Positions 1-8,413 of a stretch of DNA of 64,000 bases are shown in pieces. A program made the position numbers and the translations under genes. The DNA is from an uncultured Gammaproteobacteria bacterium. GTDB taxonomy: Bacteria; Patescibacteriota; Patescibacteriia; Magasanikbacterales; GWA2-37-8. How positions within the stretch are numbered: position 1 is the stretch's first letter; each line of letters starts with the position of its first letter. The stretch is taken from positions 445-64,444 of the forward strand of contig CAYHBZ010000001.1 of assembly GCA_964355175.1 (NCBI GenBank), written 5' to 3'. The notes under the pieces were generated by a model that saw nothing but the letters and a program-made list of their open reading frames with translations, ran no database searches and was not told where the DNA came from.

Positions 1-118
1 CGTAGGTGAGATAGCCCGCGTCCAAAATTCCAATTGAAGCCAAGGCGATAATCGCTTTTTTCCAATTAGCTTCAATAATTACTGGTTGGCAAATAAATTG
101 TTTTATTTTGTTCAACAT
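1..118 (-). CDS. Vitamin K epoxide reductase (VKOR) family protein, N-terminal part, runs off window edge
   Basis: Manual translation from ATG at 118: MLNKIKQFICQPVIIEANWKKAIIALASIGILDAGYLTY; the ..GILDAGYLTY helix resembles the first TM segment of bacterial VKOR. Confidence 0.55.
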   Translation of the reverse strand, partial: MLNKIKQFICQPVIIEANWKKAIIALASIGILDAGYLTY

Positions 119-164
119 ACTGTATGTTATATATAATATTATATATACAGTGTAGCACGCCTTT

Positions 165-1640
165 TTATTTCTCAAAAGTGTTGTCGGCACCGAGATCAAG
201 AGTCTGATCAATATTTATTTCAGCCACAAATTCGTAGGCATGACTTACCAAAATAATCGCGCCTTCAAAATCATTGAGCGCTTTAGCTATGATTGGTAAA
301 TGACGGAAATTGATATGATTGGTTGGTTCATCCATGATAAGTAGGCCTGGTTTTTGTAGCACAAAGCGTGCGTAGCAGAGCAAACCTTTTTGACCTTCAG
401 AAAATGAACCAATTTTATTTTTTAAAATTTCGCTAGAGAGTAAAAATTGGGCGGCCGTACCGTAGATTTCTTGATTCCATGGATCTACCATCATGTCAGC
501 CAATGCCTGATAGCCGGTTTTATCAAAATCCAGACCAGAAAAATCTTGGCGGTAATATCCCACTTTTACATCTTTGCTAATAGAGGCGCCAGTTTCGGTC
601 CCTAGAGCTAGAGCTTGCAAGAATGTGCTTTTGCCAATACCATTTGGACCTTCGATAATTAATTTTTGTTTTTTGCGTAGGGAGATAGGGGAGAGTAAAT
701 TTTTGCGTACCGGTTCGTGGTTTACCATGATGCCGACAGATTTTATTTCCGCTACGGCGCCGACAATATCAGTCTGAGAAGGAATAATAAAATCACGAAT
801 AGTTTTATCTTCTTGGCGTTCATCTACCATGTTTTCTTCGGCTTCTTCCACTTGATCACGAAGTTTGCTGGCGAGCGCGCGCATCTTACCACCTTTGTGA
901 GAGAAAAAGTTTATTTTGTCTTTTCTGTCTTGGATACTTCTTTGTAGCTGGGCGTTCTTTGCGCGTTCACGCTCTATTTGCGCTTCGATTTCGCCAAGCA
1001 CTTCATAGTAGTCGCCTACATATTGCTCCACTTTGTGAGTATATGAATCCAAATAAAGCACACCGTGAGTAAAAGCGTTCAAGAAATTCGCGTCATGCGA
1101 AATTACCAAACAAGTTTTTGGATAATTCATCAAAAATTGTGTAAGGTGTCCAATACCGTCGGCATCAAGATTGTTGGTCGGCTCGTCAAGCAACAAAATA
1201 TCCGGTTGTTGAATCAAAGCAAAAGCCAAAAGTAAGCGAGCTTGTTGGCCGCCGGAAAATTCTTTTATTTTTTTATCAAGTTTTACATTTAGTCGCACTA
1301 CTTCCAATACATCCTTAATTCTTTTTGGCAGATCATATTTTTTATCTTCAAAAGCTCCGGCAAAAAACTCTTCCAAACTTTTTTCAGCATTTTCCGGCTT
1401 CATTACTTGAGTGGCGATGCCGATAGTGGCGCCTTGTCCGATATGGACACTGCCTTTTTCCGGTTTGAGTTCACCAGTAATCATTTTAAAAATAGTACTT
1501 TTACCAGCGCCGTTTTGGCCCATGATAGTAATTTTGGCATTTTCACGCACTGAAAAACTCGCGTCTTCGAGCAAGATTTTGTTTTCATCGTAATAAAATG
1601 TCACATTATCAAAACGCAGAATTACGTCACCATGGTCCAT
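165..1640 (-). CDS. ABC-F family ATP-binding protein (two NBDs, no TM domain)
   Basis: Two Walker A motifs (GQNGAGKS, GPNGIGKS), signatures FSGGQ/FSEGQ, Walker B LLLDEPTNNLD/LIMDEPTNHI, helical linker. Confidence 0.9.
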   Translation of the reverse strand: MDHGDVILRFDNVTFYYDENKILLEDASFSVRENAKITIMGQNGAGKSTIFKMITGELKPEKGSVHIGQGATIGIATQVMKPENAEKSLEEFFAGAFEDKKYDLPKRIKDVLEVVRLNVKLDKKIKEFSGGQQARLLLAFALIQQPDILLLDEPTNNLDADGIGHLTQFLMNYPKTCLVISHDANFLNAFTHGVLYLDSYTHKVEQYVGDYYEVLGEIEAQIERERAKNAQLQRSIQDRKDKINFFSHKGGKMRALASKLRDQVEEAEENMVDERQEDKTIRDFIIPSQTDIVGAVAEIKSVGIMVNHEPVRKNLLSPISLRKKQKLIIEGPNGIGKSTFLQALALGTETGASISKDVKVGYYRQDFSGLDFDKTGYQALADMMVDPWNQEIYGTAAQFLLSSEILKNKIGSFSEGQKGLLCYARFVLQKPGLLIMDEPTNHINFRHLPIIAKALNDFEGAIILVSHAYEFVAEINIDQTLDLGADNTFEK

Positions 1641-1748
1641 ATATTGAATTTAATCTATTTTACTGGCAAATTGTACCACAAAAATCGCTTTTGGTCAATG
1701 TTAAACAGCCCCAGAAATATCGGGCTTTAATATATTTGGTTGATTATT

Positions 1749-3515
1749 TTAGGTAGTTAAAATAGCCCTGAGTCTTTTGGTGGCTTCGGGTGCTTTGGAT
1801 CGCACTGGTCCGATGCCGCTAGCGGCTATATTTTCTACCTCAAAAACAAAAGTAACCTGTTTTTCTTCCCCTTTATTGCGCGCTTCTTGGTTTAATCTCG
1901 GAATATCAATATTATAATGTTCCCAAGTTCTTTGAATTTGTTCGGTGCTTGGGGATTGGCCCATAGGCAACTTGCGTCTGTGGGCGCGGCGTGAATAAAA
2001 AGCACTGCGTCCGCCTTCCTGTGTGTTTTTGTCTTCGCCTGCCTCATTTAATTTTTCAGAACATCGAATCTCCCGCAGGTGGCTAAGAATAATATTTTTC
2101 AAAAATTCCGCGTCTGGGGGCAGTAGTAGACCATCTTTGGTATCCGCTTGTTTAAAAGTAAAAAATTCGTCCAATAACAGTTTAAATGTAAAATTTCCGA
2201 TTTTTACAGTCACTACCGTATCGCGTTTGTTTTTAGGATCCATTTCGTAGGCGATAGCTTTGAATCCTAAATTTTTTAAATCCTCATCGGATATTTCCAA
2301 TAAATCTCCTCGAGGGGATAGAAGATATCTGGTGTCAGTTTGCATTTCTTGTACGAGTCGTTCATTTTCTTTGGCGATCAGTTCTAGTTTTTCTTGGTCA
2401 ATATTTTCTGGATGTAGATAAGCCAATGACTCCCAATAAGTTTCATCAGTTTGAGCAGTTTTATCTTTTGAATCTTTGTCTAGAGCGGTTTTTATTAGTT
2501 CGGATATATTTTGAATGTTTGAGCCGCCTTGAAAATTTGGCAATACCACGTTGATTCGTGTCTTTGATGGATCTAAGCGATTGTGCTCTTGGACAGATAA
2601 TTTTGTTACCAATTTTCTGAGGTCGCTAGGATTTTTAAATATGATGTCGTTTGGATAGCCACCGGATGTCATATCATCCATAGTCATGTTGGTGGTATCT
2701 TTTGCTCCCTTACTAAAAAGCATTTTTAGCTTACGCAATTTTACCGGGTCCCATTCTTTCTGTATATTTTGAAAAGCAATCATATTTTCTTTTTTACTCA
2801 GTGCTTGTTGCAAGCCGGTGTAATATTTATCTTTTAGTTCCGGATATTTTAGATAAATATAATAATCACGGGCGGCATCAATGTCGATTGCTTTTTTTAG
2901 TACTTCGTCATCGTTTGGAATCCAGGTGCCTAATATTAACAAAGTAAATTGTTTGGAGTCGGCGTCCATGATATTGTCAGCGTCGTTGCAGATAATTTGA
3001 GATACAAGTTTTTCTATATTCTGATTTCCACTCTTTATGCCGATCAATAATAAATTATAAACACAATCAATCATTGATTTGGAATCTTTGTTGCTACGGA
3101 GGAATTGTCTAATAAAATTTTCCGCTATATCTTTGAAAACGGTATCTTGGGCATAATAGCTAAGCCATTTTTCAATAGCGGCATTGGGCAGTGTCGGTGT
3201 TTCTTTAAAATTTATCTTTTTAATTCCTTCAATAATTTTTTCTCTGTATCGTAATACCTTGTCATAGCCAGGTAGACCGTCTATCATATCAAAGGCGGCA
3301 AATAAGCCCTCCAGCTTTTCTGGTTCAGCCGGCAGTTGAGCGGTAAATTCTTTTATTTGTTGATGAATTTGTTCTGAATTTTTATATGGGAAATCCAATA
3401 GCCAAGTTAATTCAGGCGATGTTGCAAAAAGAGATTCTTCTGGCGAATGTGGCACTCCTTCTAATTTTGGTTCTTCCGGAAAGCGAGCCATTTCTGGAAA
3501 TGGTCTAAATTTCAT
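1749..3515 (-). CDS. Hypothetical protein, 588 aa
   Basis: Long ORF; no recognisable family; C-terminal SRRAHRRKLP basic/His motif. Confidence 0.7.
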   Translation of the reverse strand: MKFRPFPEMARFPEEPKLEGVPHSPEESLFATSPELTWLLDFPYKNSEQIHQQIKEFTAQLPAEPEKLEGLFAAFDMIDGLPGYDKVLRYREKIIEGIKKINFKETPTLPNAAIEKWLSYYAQDTVFKDIAENFIRQFLRSNKDSKSMIDCVYNLLLIGIKSGNQNIEKLVSQIICNDADNIMDADSKQFTLLILGTWIPNDDEVLKKAIDIDAARDYYIYLKYPELKDKYYTGLQQALSKKENMIAFQNIQKEWDPVKLRKLKMLFSKGAKDTTNMTMDDMTSGGYPNDIIFKNPSDLRKLVTKLSVQEHNRLDPSKTRINVVLPNFQGGSNIQNISELIKTALDKDSKDKTAQTDETYWESLAYLHPENIDQEKLELIAKENERLVQEMQTDTRYLLSPRGDLLEISDEDLKNLGFKAIAYEMDPKNKRDTVVTVKIGNFTFKLLLDEFFTFKQADTKDGLLLPPDAEFLKNIILSHLREIRCSEKLNEAGEDKNTQEGGRSAFYSRRAHRRKLPMGQSPSTEQIQRTWEHYNIDIPRLNQEARNKGEEKQVTFVFEVENIAASGIGPVRSKAPEATKRLRAILTT

Positions 3516-3650
3516 ATATAAATGTCAGTTTGTTAATGCTATATATTATATCAACAATGATTAATAAAGCAATTAGTTTATATGCATCATTTTGACAAAA
3601 AAGTTATTATGGCCTAGTGTATATATAGGTTATTTTTAATTTATAAAAAT

Positions 3651-4403
3651 ATGTACGAGATTGCTCTTGTAGTTTTCTTAGTCATAGTGCTAGGTCTGCG
3701 TGTGGTCCAACAGTATGAAAAAGGCGTAGTGTTTCGCTTGGGTAAGATTATTGGTATCAAAGAACCTGGTTTAAATTGGGTAATTCCATTTATCGACCAG
3801 GTGCGCAAAGTGGATTTTCGCACCATTACTTTGCCAATTTCTCCGCAAAAAATTATTACCAAGGATAATGTATCGGTAGATGTGTCTGCCGTGGCTTATT
3901 ACAAAATCGTGGATGGTGTGAAAAGTATTGTGGCAATTGAAAATGTGATGTCCGCCATCAATCAGATTGCTCAGACTTCCGTGCGTAATATTGTTGGGCG
4001 CTTTCAATTGGATGAAATCTTGAGCGAACGCGAAGCAATTAACAAAGAAATTGCTGTAGTATTGGATGCCCATACCGAAGCCTGGGGTGTGGTGGTATCG
4101 GTAGTAGAAATCAAAGATATTGAATTGCCGGAAGGCATGCAGCGCGCCATGGCCAAACAAGCCGAAGCCGAGCGTGAAAAACGCGCCAAAATTATTGCGG
4201 CTGAAGGTGAATTCTTAGCTTCTCAAAAATTGGCCGATGCGGCCGACATTATTGCCGCTCATCCGATTGCTCTCCAATTGCGCAATTTGCAGACTATGGC
4301 CGAAATTAGTGTAGAGAAGAATTCCACTATCATCTTCCCGGCCCAAATGATGAGTACAATCTCCGATATTAAAAATTTTGTTGCCGGTGAAGGTATAAAA
4401 TAA
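3651..4403 (+). CDS. SPFH/stomatin (slipin) family protein
   Basis: N-terminal TM, YEKGVVFRLGK, ITKDNVSV, AMAKQAEAEREKRAKII coiled coil. Confidence 0.95.
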   Translation: MYEIALVVFLVIVLGLRVVQQYEKGVVFRLGKIIGIKEPGLNWVIPFIDQVRKVDFRTITLPISPQKIITKDNVSVDVSAVAYYKIVDGVKSIVAIENVMSAINQIAQTSVRNIVGRFQLDEILSEREAINKEIAVVLDAHTEAWGVVVSVVEIKDIELPEGMQRAMAKQAEAEREKRAKIIAAEGEFLASQKLADAADIIAAHPIALQLRNLQTMAEISVEKNSTIIFPAQMMSTISDIKNFVAGEGIK

Positions 4404-4410
4404 ATTATTC

Positions 4411-4440
4411 AAAAGCCTCGACCAGTGTTGGGGCTTTTTT
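4411..4440 (+). terminator. Intrinsic terminator
   Basis: AAAAGCCTCGAC-cagt-GTTGGGGCTTTTTT hairpin plus T-tract. Confidence 0.7.
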
Positions 4441-4487
4441 GTTTTTAGGTTGTCAAAAAGCCGTTTTTATGCTATAGTTAGTTTATT

Positions 4488-5216
4488 ATGTTTGATACTC
4501 TTCTAGTTATTTGGAATCAATTTTTGTTGATTCCGCTTGTGAACGCCTTGATCTGGATTTACAATAATTTCACTGACCACAATTTAGGCTGGGCCGTAGT
4601 ATGGCTCACGGTTTTGTTACGATTTGTTTTGTTACCGCTCACTATTATTTCTGAGCGTAATTCCGTAAAACAAGAAAAAGCTCAGGAGGAAGCCCTAGAA
4701 GCTGCTCAAGCTTTTCGTCATGATAGTATTGCCCAAAACGAGGAAATTCGTAAAATAATCAAAAGAAATAAGATCTCTCCTTGGGCCAAAGTGCTTACGT
4801 TGCTGATTCAATTACTCGTGTTAGTACTGCTTTATCAGGTGTTTGTGCGCGGTATCACCGGAGACAGACTAGCCAAAATTTTGTACCCTTCGATAGATTT
4901 TCCAGGTAAAATTAACACCAATTTTTATGGCTTTGAGATTGGTCATATCCATGATTGGATTTGGGCTGGAATAGCCGCTGTTTATATTTTTGCTTATACT
5001 GTTTTTGAAAATCGTAATCAGAAACATTGGGAAAATAGTCAGGTAGTTTTTCTATTTTTATTCCCACTATTTACCTTTACCGCGCTATGGATGTTGCCGA
5101 TGGTAAAGTCCTTGTTTATTTTGACTTCCATGGTATTTTCTGATATAATCAGCGTATTAATATATGTGCTTTTTTCCGCTAAACCCAAAGATACGGGCGG
5201 GGGAGGCCACCACTAA
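4488..5216 (+). CDS. YidC/Oxa1 family membrane protein insertase (short form)
   Basis: NLGWAVVWLTVLLRFVLLPL motif, coiled-coil loop, SPW..LIQL, several TM helices. Confidence 0.75.
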   Translation: MFDTLLVIWNQFLLIPLVNALIWIYNNFTDHNLGWAVVWLTVLLRFVLLPLTIISERNSVKQEKAQEEALEAAQAFRHDSIAQNEEIRKIIKRNKISPWAKVLTLLIQLLVLVLLYQVFVRGITGDRLAKILYPSIDFPGKINTNFYGFEIGHIHDWIWAGIAAVYIFAYTVFENRNQKHWENSQVVFLFLFPLFTFTALWMLPMVKSLFILTSMVFSDIISVLIYVLFSAKPKDTGGGGHH

Positions 5217-5221
5217 AATTT

Positions 5222-5791
5222 ATGGCCGGAGATTCTTTAGATAAATTAATGTATTCGTTCGTAGTGGACGATGTTCTCAAAGGCTTTTTTATCACCGTCC
5301 CACCAGGTTATGTTGCTTGTGTCTATGATTTGGGTCGCGGTGTATTGAAAAAAGTTTTGACCCCAGGCTTACACCTCAAAATTCCTTTTTGGCAGAAAGC
5401 CAAGCTGTTTAATGTGCAGACCTTGGAATATTCCATCAATCGTCAATTCAATGTCCAAAATGAAAAAGCTTTGGGAGATATTCCAATAGCCGCTATGACC
5501 CAGGACGGTATGCGTGTGGGTGTAGAGGGGACTGTATTACTCCGCTTGGATGTTCATCAGATTCCAAGCATCTGGCAACAGATCGGTGAAGATTTTGTCG
5601 CTAAGATTATCCGCCCGACTATCCGCAGTAGAGTACGTATGGTATTTAGTAAATTTGATCAGAATGAGATCGTAAGCACCAAGCGTGACGCGGTAGAGAT
5701 GGATCTCAAAAATGAGCTCGAACGCATCTTTTATGCTCGTGGGATATATGTAGAAAATGTTCTTTTGCATGAAGTGCAGACTATAAAATAA
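5222..5791 (+). CDS. SPFH/prohibitin (band 7) domain protein
   Basis: PGLHLKIPFWQ, TQDG..V.VEGTV, IRPTIRSRVR band-7 motifs. Confidence 0.85.
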   Translation: MAGDSLDKLMYSFVVDDVLKGFFITVPPGYVACVYDLGRGVLKKVLTPGLHLKIPFWQKAKLFNVQTLEYSINRQFNVQNEKALGDIPIAAMTQDGMRVGVEGTVLLRLDVHQIPSIWQQIGEDFVAKIIRPTIRSRVRMVFSKFDQNEIVSTKRDAVEMDLKNELERIFYARGIYVENVLLHEVQTIK

Positions 5792-5797
5792 AAGCCT

Positions 5798-5824
5798 AAA
5801 AGACCATGTAAAATGGTCTTTTTT
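5798..5824 (+). terminator. Intrinsic terminator
   Basis: AAAAGACCAT-gtaaa-ATGGTCTTTTTT. Confidence 0.7.
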
Positions 5825-5851
5825 GTTTATTTTAAGCCAAAGTTTAATCCC

Positions 5852-5880
5852 TTGACAGTGTGGATAAGTTCTGGTATATT
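5852..5880 (+). promoter_or_regulatory. Sigma70 promoter of heat-shock operon
   Basis: TTGACA (5852) - 17 bp - TATATT (5875). Confidence 0.75.
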
Positions 5881-5905
5881 ATCACTCGTAAGGTTAGAGT
5901 GATAA
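5879..5905. promoter_or_regulatory. CIRCE operator (HrcA site), variant
   Basis: TTATCACTC-N9-GAGTGATAA perfect inverted repeat just before hrcA; consensus TTAGCACTC-N9-GAGTGCTAA. Confidence 0.9.
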
Positions 5906-5906
5906 C

Positions 5907-6593
5907 ATGCCTATGAATACCCGCCAAGAACAACTCCTCACCCTCGTAATTGAAAAATATATTGCTACGGCCCAACCAATTGGGTCGAAAGTTTTGGTGT
6001 CTGAAGCTGGTTTAGATTGGAGCGAAGCCACTGTCCGCAATGAATTGCGCGAACTGGAAGAGATGGGCTACCTGACTCATCCTCACACCTCAGCTGGTCG
6101 TATTCCTACCGAAGCAGGGTATAAGTACTATATTGAAAAAACTGATTGGGAAAAAATGAAAGTCGGCAAGAAAGAGTCAGATGCTTTGGAAAGTTTTTTT
6201 GGTTTTGAAGACAAAATTCAAGCTCAAAAAAATCTAGCAAAAGTTTTGGCCGCTATCACTCAGGAAACCGTTATCTTTGCTTTTTCTCCCAATTCGATTT
6301 ATTACACCGGTCTTTCCAACTTATTTTCCAAACCGGAATTTATCGAATTAGGTATAGTGGGGGATGTATCGCAAGTTTTTGATCGCTGTGAAGATTGTAT
6401 TCCTGGTTTTTACGATCTTGTTTCTGGTGAAATTAAATTTTTTGTTGGTACTGAGCATCCGTTTGGAAATATGTTATCCGTCGCGTCTTTTAAATTTGGT
6501 GACAGCTTGTTGATATTGTTGGCGCCAAATCGCACCGATTACAAACGCAATTATTCGCTTTTACAATTAGTTAAAGAAATTTTAAACAAGTAA
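5907..6593 (+). CDS. hrcA: Heat-inducible transcription repressor HrcA (short form)
   Basis: PIGSK..SEATVRNEL..LEEMGYLTHPHTSAGRIPT motif; CIRCE upstream; leads the grpE-dnaK-dnaJ operon. Confidence 0.92.
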   Translation: MPMNTRQEQLLTLVIEKYIATAQPIGSKVLVSEAGLDWSEATVRNELRELEEMGYLTHPHTSAGRIPTEAGYKYYIEKTDWEKMKVGKKESDALESFFGFEDKIQAQKNLAKVLAAITQETVIFAFSPNSIYYTGLSNLFSKPEFIELGIVGDVSQVFDRCEDCIPGFYDLVSGEIKFFVGTEHPFGNMLSVASFKFGDSLLILLAPNRTDYKRNYSLLQLVKEILNK

Positions 6594-6594
6594 T

Positions 6595-7527
6595 ATGACT
6601 GATTTAAATACAGAAAAAAAGTTCCCAAGAGTAGTGGTTGGTGCCTATATATTTAACAAAGAAGGTAAAATGTTTGTAATGCGCTCTCCTAGTTGGGGTG
6701 GTCGTTTAATTGGTCCAGGCGGCCATGTAGAATACGGCGAAACTGGAGAAGAAGCTTTAAAACGCGAAGTGAAAGAGGAAACTAATTTAGATATTGCCGA
6801 TATTGAACTATTGGGCACTCTAGAATTAGTTGAACATCCTGGATATAAAAGTAAAAAACATTTTTTAGGACTTAATTACAGAGCTAATGTTGTGGGAGAA
6901 GATTATGAAATAAAATTAGATGAACGAGAAGCGTCTGAATATTTTTGGTTAACACCAGAAGAGATTGTTAAAAGAGACGATGTGGTTGATATTGTAAAAG
7001 AAAATGTTGAAAAATTTTTAATAAAAGACAAAAAAAGTTTTTGGGGAAGTAAAGAATGTAAAGATTGCTCTGCAAATACAGATAAAATTGAAGAATATAA
7101 AAAAGATTGGCAGCGTGCGCTAGCAGATTATAAAAATTTACAAAAAGAAACTAGTGAGCGCCGTGGCGAATGGGCGCAAATGAGCAAGGCGAATATTCTC
7201 GAAGATTTTATTCCAGTTTACGACAATTTCAAATCCGCTTTTTTTCATCATCCTCAGTTACAAGTTGATAATGAAGAACATAAGCAAATGAAGAACTGGA
7301 TTGATGGTGTCGGATTTATCATGAAACAATTTGGTGATGTGATGAAAGCGCACGGTATCGAAGAAATAAAAACTGTCGGAGAAAAATTTGACCCAAATAT
7401 GCATGAATCCATGGGCGAAGAAGAAGTGGAAGGAAAAGAACCGGGGATAGTAATTAAAGAATTAATAGGTGGCTATAAAATGGGAGGAAAAATTATTAAA
7501 GCCGCCAAAGTAACAATTACAAAATAA
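6595..7527 (+). CDS. grpE: Nudix hydrolase-GrpE fusion
   Basis: N-terminal Nudix box GGHVEYGETGEEALKREVKEETNL; C-terminal GrpE (WQRALADYKN, FDPNMHE, GYKMG..IIKAAKV). Confidence 0.9.
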   Translation: MTDLNTEKKFPRVVVGAYIFNKEGKMFVMRSPSWGGRLIGPGGHVEYGETGEEALKREVKEETNLDIADIELLGTLELVEHPGYKSKKHFLGLNYRANVVGEDYEIKLDEREASEYFWLTPEEIVKRDDVVDIVKENVEKFLIKDKKSFWGSKECKDCSANTDKIEEYKKDWQRALADYKNLQKETSERRGEWAQMSKANILEDFIPVYDNFKSAFFHHPQLQVDNEEHKQMKNWIDGVGFIMKQFGDVMKAHGIEEIKTVGEKFDPNMHESMGEEEVEGKEPGIVIKELIGGYKMGGKIIKAAKVTITK

Positions 7528-7550
7528 ATTTAATTTTAAATTTTTATTAT

Positions 7551-7982
7551 ATGACTTTAATACGCTGGAGCCCTATGTGGGATCCGTTTGATCAGTCAGA
7601 CGAAGCTTTCAATCGTTTGCCGGCAGTAAATTCCAGTATGAAAGCCTTTACACCCGCCGTAGATATATACGAAACCGACAAATCCGTAGTGGTAGAAACA
7701 CCGCTCGCTGGATTTAGTCCCGAAGATGTCAAAGTAAGTGTAGAAAATGGCGTGCTCACTCTGCAAGGTGAACACCACAAAGAACACGAAATTGAGGAAA
7801 AAAATTATCATCGTAAAGAAGTGCGTAGTGGATCATTTTTCCGCCAGATCGCTTTGCCGGCAGAAGTGGCCGAAGATAAAGTAGAAGCGACCTTTGAAGA
7901 TGGTATACTGAAAATTGAATGTCCGAAATTACAATTATCTGAACCAAAAAAAGTAGAAATTAAAATTACTAAAAAGAAATAA
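7551..7982 (+). CDS. Hsp20/alpha-crystallin small heat-shock protein
   Basis: PAVDIYET, GVLTLQGE, GSFFRQIALP, ATFEDGILKI, C-terminal IXI. Confidence 0.95.
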   Translation: MTLIRWSPMWDPFDQSDEAFNRLPAVNSSMKAFTPAVDIYETDKSVVVETPLAGFSPEDVKVSVENGVLTLQGEHHKEHEIEEKNYHRKEVRSGSFFRQIALPAEVAEDKVEATFEDGILKIECPKLQLSEPKKVEIKITKKK

Positions 7983-7984
7983 CT

Positions 7985-8386
7985 ATGCCAACTTCTAAAG
8001 AAGATTTAAAAAGTTTAACCAAATTAGGCAAGGGTGCGACTTCCAAAGTAGAAAAAAGTTTGGAAGTATTTCCTAATCACGCCGGACCAAATATGGAAGT
8101 GGAGCTGGTATGTACCGAATTCACTTGCCGTTGCCCGCTTACTGGTCAACCGGATTACGCTGAAATTGTAATCAATTATGTGCCGGATAAATATGTAGTG
8201 GAAAGTAAATCCATGAAACTATATTTAGAAACATATCGCAACGAAGGAGTTTTTCATGAGCATTTGGCTGTAGATATTGGAAAAGATTTTGTGAAGTTCG
8301 TGAAGCCAAAAAAATGTGAAGTGGAAGTAAGATTTAATATCAGAGGTGGCATCGCCATTTCCGCAAAATGGAAAGACGGAAAATAA
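7985..8386 (+). CDS. queF: preQ0 nitrile reductase QueF (type I)
   Basis: EFTCRCPLTGQPDYA (catalytic Cys and Asp), QueF motif ESKSMKLY, FHE, RGGI. Confidence 0.9.
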   Translation: MPTSKEDLKSLTKLGKGATSKVEKSLEVFPNHAGPNMEVELVCTEFTCRCPLTGQPDYAEIVINYVPDKYVVESKSMKLYLETYRNEGVFHEHLAVDIGKDFVKFVKPKKCEVEVRFNIRGGIAISAKWKDGK

Positions 8387-8413
8387 TTTAACTAATATAA
8401 TAATTTAATATAT

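Noticed and set aside
119-151. AT-rich palindrome TATATAATATTATATA upstream of the VKOR-like gene
   Set aside because: Low complexity; cannot be distinguished from chance or assigned to a regulator
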